64,000 nt of DNA from Candidatus Moraniibacteriota bacterium (GTDB lineage: Bacteria; Patescibacteriota; Minisyncoccia; Moranbacterales; GCA-2747515), in the NCBI GenBank assembly GCA_046116545.1, contig CP175956.1, positions 1,089,734 to 1,153,733 of the forward strand, in the 5' to 3' direction. Both the position numbers and the translations under genes were made by a program. Below are positions 47,101-57,500 of the stretch, piece by piece. Position 1 is the stretch's first letter; each line of letters starts with the position of its first letter. Below the pieces are notes generated by a model. The model did no database searches and had not been told where the DNA came from. It saw nothing but the letters and a program-made list of their open reading frames with translations.

Positions 47101-49821
47101 CAAAATTGAAAAATGAATATCTTGATCACCCCAATTTTCTCCCCAAACTACTGATGGCTCATCATTTGAATTAATCACTATATCTAAATTTAATGTCTCA
47201 ACATTGCCAGATAAACTATCACTCTCCGTTGACTCACCGTCACCGCCAGTCCAAGATGATCCATTCCACATTTTGAAATGTGTACTAGACCACTCAAGCT
47301 CACTCCATACAATCATAGGACGATTATCAGAAGTCAATTCCATATCCATATATTGAACTTGTTTACCTGTCTCATCTACTACATCATATCCTATTGTTCC
47401 ATCCATCTTTTCCCATGCTAGACTATCTAATCTTGTAAGATGTATATTTTGTTGCTCATCTACCCAAGATACAATAGGATTATCTTCATTATCTAAATTT
47501 AATCGTACTATTTCAGTATATCCAACATTCATATGACGACTTTCCCAAGAACCTTCATCCCACGTCTGCACACCTAACCTGATAATCCCCTCAGCATTTA
47601 TGACATATGCAACAACTGGATTATTATTTGAATCAACTTTTAATTGAGGTATTCCATTAGACATCCAATTCTCAAGTTCATCATTATCAGTCCCACCATC
47701 CATAGAGCTCCATGAGCCACCATTCCAATGTGCAAAATGTATAGAACGCATATCCGCATTATCCACATATGTAATCATTGGATTATTATTGCTATCCCTA
47801 GCTAATTGAATTTGTATTGGAGAACCTCCAAAATTCATCTGATCATATGATGCTGGACTACTCATTTTACCGTTCCACTCACTACCTGTCCATTCAGTAT
47901 AACCAACTTCAAATCCTTCCCCATTATCTATCTTTGTTACAATCATAGGATGCCCACCAGAACTTAATACCATATTAAATTCATAATTCCACATTGGCAA
48001 ATTATCACTGAATATTCTATCAGAATCAATAATTCCTCCCATAGTAACCCAAGCATCACCACTCCATTTTCTCACAAATATATCAACTGCATCTTCTTGT
48101 ACATCAGGGATTTCCTCTTGTATACCAATCCAAGCTACAACAGGATTTCCATCATTATCCACAAAAATTTGTGGTTGACTAGCTTGTCTACAACCATCAT
48201 TGGCCTCATCTATTGGTCCCTCCATTGTAAATGCAAGGGCATTATGTACACCAAGCAATCTCAACAAATTATCCAACATGCCAATATCACCGGGTTCACC
48301 TCCGGGTTCACCATCTCCACCTTCATCTGAACACATGGATACAGTTGTCGAAATATCCTCCTTACCAGCAACATCACTCATTGTAACCCAATCATCACCA
48401 TCCCACATTGTAAACATTATATCACCATCTTCTTCCCAAACTACCATTTGATTTCCATCACTATCTAGTGTTATTTTTGGATCATATCCACGATCATTCA
48501 TATTATTTTGTATGTCCTCTTTTCCTAACGTAGACCTATCTGCATTTGTCCAGACACCGCTAAACCCTGCTAATGAAAATGATGTGTCTTCATTATCCAA
48601 AAACGCAGTTGTTTCATCTTTGTCTACAAAGTTTTCTGTATCAAAACTGTCTTCAAATCCAAATTCATTCCCATCTGGACGAGTCGTAAAATTCCAATCA
48701 TCTTTAACATCAAATCCTGCAAAATCATTTATAAAAGACTCCTCAATTAAAACAAAGTATTTCGTGTCAAAGCTTAATTCTTGTTCCCAATCAATTACTA
48801 AATTACTTGTATTCCAACCTGTAATTCTATCACTCATACCATCTAATTCTTCTATCAAGCTCTCATCATCATACTTATATATTCCTATATTACCATTTCC
48901 AAAGACTGCATCCTCAGTAAATTGAATACTAAGATTATCGTTATTATCTGCAGTATTGCTCCCATGTATAGGATATTTACTGTCAATCACCAAACCTGTT
49001 ACAGAAGGATAAAAAAACATTCCTCCGATATAATAATAGTAATTTAACGTATCAGTATCCACAACTTCAACTATTTCTTCCGTGTTTATATTTACGTTAT
49101 ACACAACATAACTATCCTCAACAATATAAAAATTTTCTCCATCAATATTCACCAGATCATTTATATCATCTCCAAAATCTCCAATGCCTTCATATACCAT
49201 TGTAGGTTCTGATGGATTATTCAAATCAATTGTATACATGTCTACTCCATCCACATAGTACATCAGTTCATTTTCAATATCATATGATAATGCTATACCT
49301 CTATGATTATAATCATAATTTTCTATGAAAGTTATTCCTACATTAACTTCATTAATTAAATACAAAGAAGCATCTTCTACACTAGACATTCCATACAAAC
49401 TACCATCCTTATCAAAGGCTATAGATTGAATATTCTCAGATAAATCACCAATTTTCACTATATCTCCAGTATCCATATCCACAGTAGCTAGCACAGAATC
49501 ACCTTCTGCATCAAAAACAGCAAATACAATTCCGGTATCCCAATTTACAGCTACACTTAATATGTTGTGCCAATCTCCAATAGGTGTTGCATCCAAAGAT
49601 GTTGCCTTATCTGCTTCAAAATCACCCTCATCAACTCCATACAAATAACTATTACCCGCACTTCTGTTATAGCTCTCCAAAATATATAAATCCAGCTCTT
49701 CGGATGCTGGAATAGCTGGCATAGACGGTAACGGAGCTTCTGGTGCAGCAACTACGACATTAGCAAATAAAAAAACGAAAATACTAATTATTCCAATAAG
49801 CTTCATTCTCAAATTTATCAT
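44185..49821 (-). CDS. Large surface protein (1878 aa): N-terminal propeller, SbsA/Big_5 Ig-like, Trp-rich propeller, discoidin-like, FN3-like, Pro-rich stalk, TM helices and two carboxypeptidase-regulatory-like domains
   Basis: Signal peptide; 'LSIQFTE..G.GNI.IY..L..DTKYFVLI..WNFTT'; 'LEEDTQYRFKV'; 'WGTVF..T..PLPG..YSDQHGRFGFL..GTY' and 'VTDAIGRYYLL..GDY'. Confidence 0.75.
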   Translation of the reverse strand: MINLRMKLIGIISIFVFLFANVVVAAPEAPLPSMPAIPASEELDLYILESYNRSAGNSYLYGVDEGDFEADKATSLDATPIGDWHNILSVAVNWDTGIVFAVFDAEGDSVLATVDMDTGDIVKIGDLSENIQSIAFDKDGSLYGMSSVEDASLYLINEVNVGITFIENYDYNHRGIALSYDIENELMYYVDGVDMYTIDLNNPSEPTMVYEGIGDFGDDINDLVNIDGENFYIVEDSYVVYNVNINTEEIVEVVDTDTLNYYYYIGGMFFYPSVTGLVIDSKYPIHGSNTADNNDNLSIQFTEDAVFGNGNIGIYKYDDESLIEELDGMSDRITGWNTSNLVIDWEQELSFDTKYFVLIEESFINDFAGFDVKDDWNFTTRPDGNEFGFEDSFDTENFVDKDETTAFLDNEDTSFSLAGFSGVWTNADRSTLGKEDIQNNMNDRGYDPKITLDSDGNQMVVWEEDGDIMFTMWDGDDWVTMSDVAGKEDISTTVSMCSDEGGDGEPGGEPGDIGMLDNLLRLLGVHNALAFTMEGPIDEANDGCRQASQPQIFVDNDGNPVVAWIGIQEEIPDVQEDAVDIFVRKWSGDAWVTMGGIIDSDRIFSDNLPMWNYEFNMVLSSGGHPMIVTKIDNGEGFEVGYTEWTGSEWNGKMSSPASYDQMNFGGSPIQIQLARDSNNNPMITYVDNADMRSIHFAHWNGGSWSSMDGGTDNDELENWMSNGIPQLKVDSNNNPVVAYVINAEGIIRLGVQTWDEGSWESRHMNVGYTEIVRLNLDNEDNPIVSWVDEQQNIHLTRLDSLAWEKMDGTIGYDVVDETGKQVQYMDMELTSDNRPMIVWSELEWSSTHFKMWNGSSWTGGDGESTESDSLSGNVETLNLDIVINSNDEPSVVWGENWGDQDIHFSILPTEIISPAVVQSDKINGSIADIIKATLIADEELEGESRIEYYLSIDGGATWIQVNSGEELIFDIKGDNLRWKAILYKGSVPVLDGVRVEYESQSIMPPTPGDNTVIKTILECECYEVGSEESTHSDTTSFLYSNNNQVTWEYVLMPDSDKKDCNVTDIKMIDEEQVTTEWSQPQSVYEVSTNWPSADNTINNDVVTGDVYTYDTEAAYAIYDMSESKQIQKMRAYIDSSSDDLPKIDIYISDDVNNMGSALISDWDINTPDSWEESIDIDEFGRYIKYVFNHDIVLPSWTDITDISHWNAFHPAGAGASPLNGTWDGVKYIGQKTYEFSLELITPDVITASDKLRFELNHDGDDVNVIIWQWNAAGTNLEMWQTQVISSTGGEIDLTGMDRNLGSVRFQTANGTILEVLKIERIPNIATSIDAQVNEISVLTTETQVPDNTGSDFTYKTKPDPSCDSPVTPPIDPEDPEEEKECKTDNIKEITKDSVTLRVEVDEEYADEKIKFKVEVENLYTNEKETIKLTDKPSDSGRVTLEIDNLEEDTQYRFKVSYQEDDSYEYCPHSKTATTEKTTLGPTKEIVNPECGESSKTYTEDESEFTGDFCQTGEVLNIPEFPNQGESSSWTCTNDDEEITCSASREEKEIVTPPVVQGGSDPEPPAQEVTDPPVQEPTKEQQKEKQYQAAAVVGLTTGTLIALASTTIPLFTTIPMAATDIFIMPFLGILARRKNEQNWGTVFEQTTKQPLPGVKLVLTDIEGFEIETTYSDQHGRFGFLTTNGTYLIHPEKPKYEEDLTHNHDSLYGDVYTGEALTIEENKVLATNIAMNALNINWNEYADKKVKSYTGTFSAIKKWSFIILFYVGFIATAAITYLYPSTLNYIFLSLYMALFIYDNFIKQKKYGTVTKHDKNPVPFAVVSLHNKETNQKTGFAVTDAIGRYYLLAENGDYNMKVKGQPISGQPFEKQGNINVRKGLA

Positions 49822-49868
49822 ATTTTCTTACTATTTATATATATTTTATATTATAGAAATTATACCAT

Positions 49869-49901
49869 AAAAAAAAGAATCATGAAATTCATGATTCTTT
49901 T
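49869..49901. terminator. Intrinsic terminator after pyk
   Basis: AAAAGAATCATGAA-TTCATGATTCTTTT palindrome with flanking A-tract. Confidence 0.7.
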
Positions 49902-49924
49902 CTTATATTTTTCTAACAATTGAA

Positions 49925-51346
49925 TTATAGTTGTTCAACTATAAGCATATTTGTTGTTCCTGATTTACCAAAAGGCAATCCAGCAACAATTACAATTTTA
50001 TTTCCTTTCTTTGCATATCCCTGTTCTTTTACAATCTTTTTTGCTTGTGCCACAGTTTCATTTGTTGTGCTAAATCCATCAATAATATGTGCACATACGC
50101 CAAAAGATAATTGCAAATGTTTATATGCGTCTTCGTTTGGAGTAAGTGCCACCACATCTCTTCTAGGCTTGTACCTTGAAATTTTTCTAGCGCTAAATCC
50201 AGACTCTGTCAAAGCCACAATTACACTTGCATCTACATCATGTGCAATTTGTATTACACTTTTTGAAATAGCATTTACAGTTCTACATGAATGATCTTCA
50301 TTGTCCTCAACGATTCTACATTTCATATCTCTCTCAGTTCTCACAGCGACATTCGTCATTGTTTGTACAGTCTCAAGGGGATATTCGCCTACAGCACTCT
50401 CTGCTGAAAGCATAACAGCATCTGCTCCATCTAATATTGCATTTGCAACATCAGTAACCTCCGCTCTGGTAGGCACTGGTGCAGAAATCATAGATTCTAA
50501 CATCTGAGTTGCAACTATAACGGGCTTTCCTACTATATTACACTTTTTCACAATCATTTTTTGTAAATGTGGCACATCACAAGCAGGAACTTCTACAGCA
50601 AGATCCCCTCTAGCCACCATTATTCCATCGGCTTCAGAGATTATTGCATCTATATTTTCAATAGCTTCTGGGGTCTCTATTTTCGCAATTATTTTCATTG
50701 TTGCTTTTTTCTTCTTCAATATATTTTTCAGCTGCTTAATATCTTTTGCTGAGCGGACAAAAGAAATTGCCATAAAATCAACTCCTTGTTCAATTCCAAA
50801 TGCAACATCTTTTTTATCTTTTGTAGTTAATGCATCCATACTTAATCTTGCACCAGGTACATTCACACCTCGTCTAGATCTTATCATTCCACCAACCACA
50901 ACCTTGGTTTCAATTTCAGTATCAGTTGTTTTTATAACAACTAATTTTTTTGTGCCATCATCAATAAGTATTTCTTGCCCTTTTTCAACTTCTTTTGATA
51001 ATTTTTTATAATTTATACTAACTATTTTTTCATTTCCTGCCACTTTTTTTGCAGTAATAATAAATTTTTGTCCTTTTTTCAAAGTTATTTGCCCATCAAC
51101 AAAATCACCTATGCGAATTTTTACCCCACCTAAGTCTTGTAAGATTGCTATATCTCGTTTTGTTTTCTTTGTTGCTTCCTTTATAAATTTAATTCTTTGT
51201 CCGTGCTCAGCATGGTCTCCATGAGAAAAGTTAAGTCTTGCAACATTTACACCTGCATTGATTAATTTAGTTAAAATTTCTGGTTTTTCAGAAACAGGAC
51301 CAATCGTTGCTACAATTTTCGTTTTCTTCAAGTAATACTTTGACAT
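49925..51346 (-). CDS. pyk: Pyruvate kinase
   Basis: 'TKIVATIGP', 'ARLNFSHG', 'IIAKIE', 'GIMVARGDL', 'ATQMLESM..PTRAE.TDVANA' motifs. Confidence 0.97.
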   Translation of the reverse strand: MSKYYLKKTKIVATIGPVSEKPEILTKLINAGVNVARLNFSHGDHAEHGQRIKFIKEATKKTKRDIAILQDLGGVKIRIGDFVDGQITLKKGQKFIITAKKVAGNEKIVSINYKKLSKEVEKGQEILIDDGTKKLVVIKTTDTEIETKVVVGGMIRSRRGVNVPGARLSMDALTTKDKKDVAFGIEQGVDFMAISFVRSAKDIKQLKNILKKKKATMKIIAKIETPEAIENIDAIISEADGIMVARGDLAVEVPACDVPHLQKMIVKKCNIVGKPVIVATQMLESMISAPVPTRAEVTDVANAILDGADAVMLSAESAVGEYPLETVQTMTNVAVRTERDMKCRIVEDNEDHSCRTVNAISKSVIQIAHDVDASVIVALTESGFSARKISRYKPRRDVVALTPNEDAYKHLQLSFGVCAHIIDGFSTTNETVAQAKKIVKEQGYAKKGNKIVIVAGLPFGKSGTTNMLIVEQL

Positions 51347-51390
51347 AATTATTTAATAAATAATAAATTGATAATTAATAAATGATATTT

Positions 51391-51747
51391 TTATAATCCA
51401 AACATTTGTGCAAACGGATTTATATTTTCCCCTTTTTCAATTTCAAATCCAGCCCGTTGCCATGCGCTTATTCCGCCAGAGACATCAAAGCAATTTTCAA
51501 ATCCTTCATTTTGTAAAATATTACAAGCAATTTGGGATCTGCTTCCAGTAGCACAATATATCAAAATCTTTTTATTTTTATCTAAATCTGAAGTATCTCC
51601 TTGTATTTCATTTAATGGTTTTAATATACTGTTAGCTATTTTACTCATAGTATTTTCACCCGCAGTTCTTACATCTAACAAAATCACATCTTTATCTTTT
51701 TCTAGTATTTCTTTTGTTTCTTCAACGGTAATTGATGGTACATTCAT
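51391..51747 (-). CDS. Single-domain rhodanese (sulfurtransferase)
   Basis: 'LLDVRT..E', active loop 'YCATGSRS', 'GGISAW'. Confidence 0.9.
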   Translation of the reverse strand: MNVPSITVEETKEILEKDKDVILLDVRTAGENTMSKIANSILKPLNEIQGDTSDLDKNKKILIYCATGSRSQIACNILQNEGFENCFDVSGGISAWQRAGFEIEKGENINPFAQMFGL

Positions 51748-51777
51748 ATGAAATTTGTATTTAATAAAACGCTACTT

Positions 51778-51806
51778 ATTATACACAATAAATAGCGTTT
51801 TGTCAA
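51778..51806 (-). promoter_or_regulatory. Consensus sigma70 promoter embedded in an inverted repeat
   Basis: TTGACA-17-TATAAT with extended TG; overlaps IR AAAACGCTA..TAGCGTTTT (51766-51801). Confidence 0.7.
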
Positions 51807-51827
51807 TATCATTCCATTGTAATCAAC

Positions 51828-52358
51828 TCAATCTTTATGTTGATTCCAAGGCATTTTTATAAGTACTTTTGTCATCATACAATTTCCACTAAATCCTGCA
51901 TATAAAAATCCTAAACTTATGCCCAAAGGCAAAATAAGGAATAAATCATTTTCAAAAATAACCTTGAACATGAGACCTGCCAAAACAATAATTCCAGCAG
52001 TTATTAAAACTTGACGCATTATTGGAATACGATTTTTATTATTACCTGCCGTTGGTAATTTTTCTGTCTTCCAGGCATTGATACCACCTTCCACACTATA
52101 ATGATTATCAAAGCCACAATCTGTCAAAATATTACAAGCCATTTGCGAACGACTTCCACTTGCACAATGTAGATATATTTCATCATACTTTTTTAATTCA
52201 GTAGAATGATTTTTCAATTGATCAACTGGAATATTTATTGTATTTGGTATCCTTTCTGCATCATGTTCAGCCTCTGTTCGCACATCTATACAAATAAGAT
52301 TTCCTTTCTTATTTTTTAATTTTTCATTTAATTCCTGTGGAGTAATTACTTGTGACAT
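51828..52358 (-). CDS. Rhodanese-DUF2892 fusion (YgaP-like membrane sulfurtransferase)
   Basis: 'IDVRT..E', 'HCASGSRS', then 'RQV.I.AG', two TMs, 'AG.SG.C.M..VL.KMPWN'. Confidence 0.88.
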   Translation of the reverse strand: MSQVITPQELNEKLKNKKGNLICIDVRTEAEHDAERIPNTINIPVDQLKNHSTELKKYDEIYLHCASGSRSQMACNILTDCGFDNHYSVEGGINAWKTEKLPTAGNNKNRIPIMRQVLITAGIIVLAGLMFKVIFENDLFLILPLGISLGFLYAGFSGNCMMTKVLIKMPWNQHKD

Positions 52359-52509
52359 TTATTTATATTTATAAATTATATTTTTATTTACCTACAGTAT
52401 ACCATAATACAAATTGTTATCCACAGGAACCTTTTGACAAATATCTATAAATTTAGTACAAATAGGGTGTGCTTTATATTTAAAAATAAAATAACAAGGA
52501 GAAAAATAA

Positions 52510-52677
52510 ATGCCCAATGCCAACCAAAAAGATAGCCTTACAATTCCTGTAAGATGTGGTAGTGGATATATTCGTGTACCAGAAACTGATCGTACACGCG
52601 AACCTTATACAGATATAAGACAACCTACGGGTGATAAAAACAAAGATACATCACAAAAACAAACCGTAAAAATATGA
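52510..52677 (+). CDS. Unannotated 55-aa small ORF (MPNANQKDSLTIPVRCGSGYIRVPETDRTREPYTDIRQPTGDKNKDTSQKQTVKI)
   Basis: AGGAG SD at 52497-52501, TTGACA at 52434-52439, ATG to TGA in frame, terminator immediately after. Confidence 0.55.
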   Translation: MPNANQKDSLTIPVRCGSGYIRVPETDRTREPYTDIRQPTGDKNKDTSQKQTVKI

Positions 52678-52688
52678 AGCACAATCAA

Positions 52689-52726
52689 AAAGCAACTCTC
52701 AATTTTTGAGAGTTGCTTATTTTTTT
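52689..52726. terminator. Bidirectional intrinsic terminator
   Basis: AAGCAACTCTC-loop-GAGAGTTGCTT with A-tract on the left and T-tract on the right, between convergent ORFs. Confidence 0.8.
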
Positions 52727-52815
52727 ATTTGTTTTTTAAATATATTAATTTACTTTAAAATGACTGTTTACAAAAATATATTTAGCGAACACATCTAACA
52801 TATACACTTATCATT

Positions 52816-54186
52816 TTAAAACTCAATTTCTTCCACGCTATCCTTCTTCGGAACAACCACGTTTAGATTATATTTCTGCTTAAGTTTTTCAGCTAAAAAT
52901 TGTGATGATGACACCTCGCCCATAGTTACAAAAACTTTTTGAAGCGTACTAACACTATCTCCCACAAATTCAATGAGATTATTACTATCTTTATGTCCAG
53001 AATATCCTCGTATTGATTCAACTCTGATTCTAAGTCTCACCCATTTACCATCGATGAATACTTTACCTTTTTTCTTTTCTTGAATATCTCTGCCCAAAGT
53101 ACCAAATGCTTGATAACCAATAAATAAAACTGTATTATTTTTATTTCCCAACAACTTCTTTTCATGCAATCTAATCCTACCACCATTAGACATCCCTGAA
53201 CTTGCTATAATAATTTTGGGTCCTTTTTGCTTTTCTATAGAATGTGATTCTGCTACATTTTTTATAGTTACAAATTTTGGAAAATCAAATATATCATCGC
53301 CTCGTGCAATCTCTCCTTTAACCCTATTGTTAAATAATTTTTTATGCTTTCTAAATATATCTGTTACTCTTTGAGCTAACGGTGCATCAAAGTAAACAGG
53401 TATTTCTGGAACCTGTCCATGTTCAACAAGTTTATTTATTTCATAAAGTAATATTTGAGCTCTTTGCAAAGCAAATGTTGGTATCAACAATGTGCCATTT
53501 CTTTTATAATTTTCTCGGATTGTTTGCGCAAGCTTTTCAGTTCTACCTCTGCGATTCTCATGATTTCTATCTCCATAAACACTTTCCATAAGCAAATAGT
53601 CAATTCCTTCAATTTTTTCTGTATCTGGTAAGATAAGTGCTGGAGAATTCCCTAGATCACCTGTAAAAACCATCGATCTATCATTACGCTCAAATTTAAC
53701 CATTGCACTACCCAAGATATGACCTGCATCCATAAATTCAGCAGTCACATTATCACCAATAATAAATTTATGATGATATTCTATAGTACGCCATAGATTA
53801 AATGAATGTACAATATCACTCTTATCATAAAGTGGCTCACAACCCATTTCATCAGCTTCTTGGGTGAGAATTTTTAATGCATCATCAAACATCACACCAG
53901 ACAAATCTTTTGTGGCCTGAGTAGAATAAATAATTCCCTTAAATCCATCTCGCACTAATTGTGGAATTTTTCCAATATGATCAGCATGTGCGTGAGTCAC
54001 AACAAGTACATCAATCTCCGAAGGCTCATAATGAAATTTATTATCTAATGTATAACATTGCTGTCCACTATGCGTAAGTCCACAATCAATAAGAATTTTT
54101 TTATCTCCTACATCGAAAAGAAAATTAGCACCTGTTACACTGCCTGCTCCCCCATAAAATGTTATAGTCGATTTTTGATTTTTCAT
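52816..54186 (-). CDS. MBL-fold beta-CASP metallo-hydrolase (RNA-processing exonuclease family)
   Basis: 'FYGGAGSVTG', 'THAHADHIG', 'AGHILGSA', 'FTGDLG', 'ESVYGDR.H', 'SGM..GGRI', 'YSGH.D'; start placed at ATG 54186. Confidence 0.88.
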   Translation of the reverse strand: MKNQKSTITFYGGAGSVTGANFLFDVGDKKILIDCGLTHSGQQCYTLDNKFHYEPSEIDVLVVTHAHADHIGKIPQLVRDGFKGIIYSTQATKDLSGVMFDDALKILTQEADEMGCEPLYDKSDIVHSFNLWRTIEYHHKFIIGDNVTAEFMDAGHILGSAMVKFERNDRSMVFTGDLGNSPALILPDTEKIEGIDYLLMESVYGDRNHENRRGRTEKLAQTIRENYKRNGTLLIPTFALQRAQILLYEINKLVEHGQVPEIPVYFDAPLAQRVTDIFRKHKKLFNNRVKGEIARGDDIFDFPKFVTIKNVAESHSIEKQKGPKIIIASSGMSNGGRIRLHEKKLLGNKNNTVLFIGYQAFGTLGRDIQEKKKGKVFIDGKWVRLRIRVESIRGYSGHKDSNNLIEFVGDSVSTLQKVFVTMGEVSSSQFLAEKLKQKYNLNVVVPKKDSVEEIEF

Positions 54187-54286
54187 ATTTTTGTTTTGTA
54201 TTTTTCGTATACTCTTATTATAGCACAAACTTTTTGGACTAAAAAACGAGCATATGAAATGCTCGTTTAATGTACTCCCAAATTTT

Positions 54287-54523
54287 TTATTCTCGCCTAA
54301 ATCCAAGTTTGTCCATTATAAGTGCCATTGGGCAATATCCAGTCATTGCAAAACTCATAAACATAAACCCTACAAACAATGTAAAATACAACCATCTCTC
54401 ATCTACCACTAATGCAAGCACAGCTGAACCAAACACCAATAGTCCTCCTATAAAGTAAACCATTCTTGGTATATGCCAATATCCTATACAAAGTCTATAC
54501 GGCTTTTTCTTTTGCTCTGTCAT
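54287..54523 (-). CDS. DUF2892 (YgaP-like TM domain) small membrane protein
   Basis: Two TMs ending in 'FAMTGYCPM..IM.KLG'. Confidence 0.8.
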   Translation of the reverse strand: MTEQKKKPYRLCIGYWHIPRMVYFIGGLLVFGSAVLALVVDERWLYFTLFVGFMFMSFAMTGYCPMALIMDKLGFRRE

Positions 54524-54563
54524 AATATTTTAATATTAATAGATTAACCTTAATTTAATTATA

Positions 54564-57500
54564 TCACAATTTTTCATTAATTTTTTGGTTCCAAGTTTTT
54601 TCTTCAAACATTTTATACACTACTGGCAAAATAACTAATGTCAAAAATGCTGACAATGATAGTCCTGTAATAATAGCCCACGCGAGACCCTCCCACACCG
54701 GATCAGATATAATTGTAAGTGATCCCAATATTGTTGTAAGTGAAGTTAATGCTATCGGAAGTAATCTAGTTTTACCAGCTTTTGTCAAAGCATTTTCAAT
54801 GTTCTCTCCTTTATCTTTCAATTGAAATACATATTCTAAATAAATAATTGCATTATTTACAACTATACCAGCAAGTGCAATAACTCCAATCATACTAGTT
54901 GCATTAAAGTATGTATCATTAAAAACATACAAAACAAAAAATCCAGGTAACACTCCAATCAATGCAAGTGGTATGGTAGCCATTACATATAGAGGAACTC
55001 TAAGTGATTTAAACTGTGCCACAAGCACAAAATAAATAAGAAATATTGCAACCCCGAACGCAATTCCCATATCACGAAATACCTCAAGAGTAAGCTCCCA
55101 TTCTCCCCCAATTTTAACAGAATATCGCTTTCCGTCTTCATCTATATAATTAACTCCAAATAAATTCCAACTCTCGATTTCTGCATTTTCACTAGGCAAT
55201 CTGTATTCAGTCACTAAATATTTAAGCATTTCCATAGAAGCATACACTACACTCCTGCCACTCATTTCACCACCAACATAGACAGTTGGTCTCCGGCCGT
55301 CCATCAAAATAACATCATCCAATGGTAATTCTTCATCTTGCAACAAAGATGCTAGTGAAACCAATTCACCATTTTTAGATCGCATATTTATATGTGACAA
55401 ATCTTGTACATCATCTCTATCTTTCTCTTGTGCACGAAGTGATATGAAATTAGGTTGTGAAAACCTCTTCTCATTATCCAAGCTATCATTATACAAATCT
55501 ATTTGAACTCCACGCATAGTTGCATTTATAGCAAGTATAACGTCATCAACACTAACTCCAACCCTAGTTGATTCCTCTGTATTTATTCTATAAGTTTTTT
55601 CTATAGAATGTTCCAACCTTGAAGTATCTATATCAACAATTCCCTTTAATTGCTTGGTTTCATTTAATAAATTTCCTGCTATCTCCCGCATCATTTCTTG
55701 ATCCTGTCGACTAAACCCCTGCACCTTTAATTGATAAGTTGATAACACTGGAGGTCCTGGAGGATCTTCTATTATTTTTATATTTGCATTTTCACTTATT
55801 CCAATACCTTTTAAGTTTTCACGTACACTGGTTGCTATTTCTTCTGATGTAATTTTCCTATCATCTTTATGTACCAAATTTGCCTTTAGTGTTGCATGAT
55901 TTGACATTTGCCTTGCATCTGAACCTTTGAACAAACCATTGAAATCAATAACTGGTGGTGTTCCTACAGTTGATTGAATTGTTACTATATTTTCATTTTC
56001 AAGCATCCTATGAGAAATTTGTTTTGCTACATCATCAGTCTTTTCAATGCTTGTATTATTTATTGTATCTATATACACATAAAACTGATTCCTATCTGCC
56101 TTTGGTAACATGCGAAATTTAACCAACGCAAATGCTGGTAATAACATCGAGATAACAAGAGCCATTCCAACAATTCCTAATAATATTTTTTGCTTTTTCT
56201 TATCCGCAAAAATTGTAACTATAAATTTTTCATAATTATTTTCAACACTACTCACAAACTTACGAATTTTTGCTCGTAGCTTATTTAATAGACCCTTTGT
56301 ATCTTCTTCCACTGTTAACAATTTATTTCCAATAAAAGGACTTATAGTCAGGGCTACAAAAAGTGAAGCAACGATTGCCACTGGAACAAAAAATGGAATT
56401 GGTCCCATATAAGGACCCATCATTCCTGTTACAAATGCCATGGGAATGAATGCTAAAACCGTAGTAATTGTAGACATCACCAACCCACTACCCACTTCAG
56501 CAACTGCATCTGTTATCACTTCTTCACGATTTTCATTTTTCCGCATCTTCAGATGCCTATACATATTTTCTACAACAACAGTTGCATTGTCTACCAGTAA
56601 TCCAAGCGATAAAATTAGCGCAAATAGTGTAATTCGATTTATCGTTTGATCAAAAAGCATACCAAGTCCAAAAACTGCAAGAAGTGATAAAGGAATAGCA
56701 ATTGCAACTATAAGAGCACTACGCGTATTTAAAAATAAAAGAAGTATAATAACAATAATAACAATTGATGTTATTAGATTTCTAGTTAGACCAAAAATTT
56801 CTTCATTAGCCACATTACCATCATCTCTTACAACATCTATTTCAACATGGCTTGGAATTATATTTTGTTGTTTCAACATTTCTAATTCTTTTTCAACAGC
56901 TTTAGAAACTGTTGTTGCATTTACGCCTCCAAGTTTTGCTATGCCAACATAAACAGCATCTTTACTATCATCTCTTTTTTCAAATCTAACATAATTATCA
57001 ATTGCAATTGGACCATTTTCTACAGTTGCCACATCTTCAATTCTCACAGTTGATCCCTCTATTTCATTTATTACTAATTTTTCTAATTTTTCCTTATTTT
57101 CAATATTTCCAAAAACTCTAATAGATGTATTATGGGAACTATCATCAGTATTAATATTTAATACATGTGTATTATTTGTTTTTATAACACCAATCACCTC
57201 ATTTATGCCAATATTATAATTTGCCAATTTGTCAGTATCTACAAAAATAGAGAGGTCATCAGTTCTTCCACCATGTACACTCATTTTTGCAGTATTTTTC
57301 ACATGCTTCAGAGAATCTACAAGATCAAAAGCAAAAAGCCTCAAAGAACTCTCAGAGAACTTATCCGATGTAAGTGCTAGAGTTATTATTGGCACATCAT
57401 CTGTATCAACTTCTTCAATATATGGATCAACTGCTCCAAGCGGCTTTTCATCCATATTACTTCTAAGTCTCTGAACTAAATCTGTCTTTGCTGCATTTTC

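Noticed and set aside
52360-52510. Replication origin suggested by a DnaA box in AT-rich DNA
   Set aside because: Only one box, no dnaA/dnaN nearby, and no lasting switch in skew or gene orientation
54187-54306. N-terminal extension of the MBL ORF (and likewise 16914-16988 for GH1)
   Set aside because: Extension overlaps the upstream gene and promoter-like DNA; family motifs start at the downstream ATG
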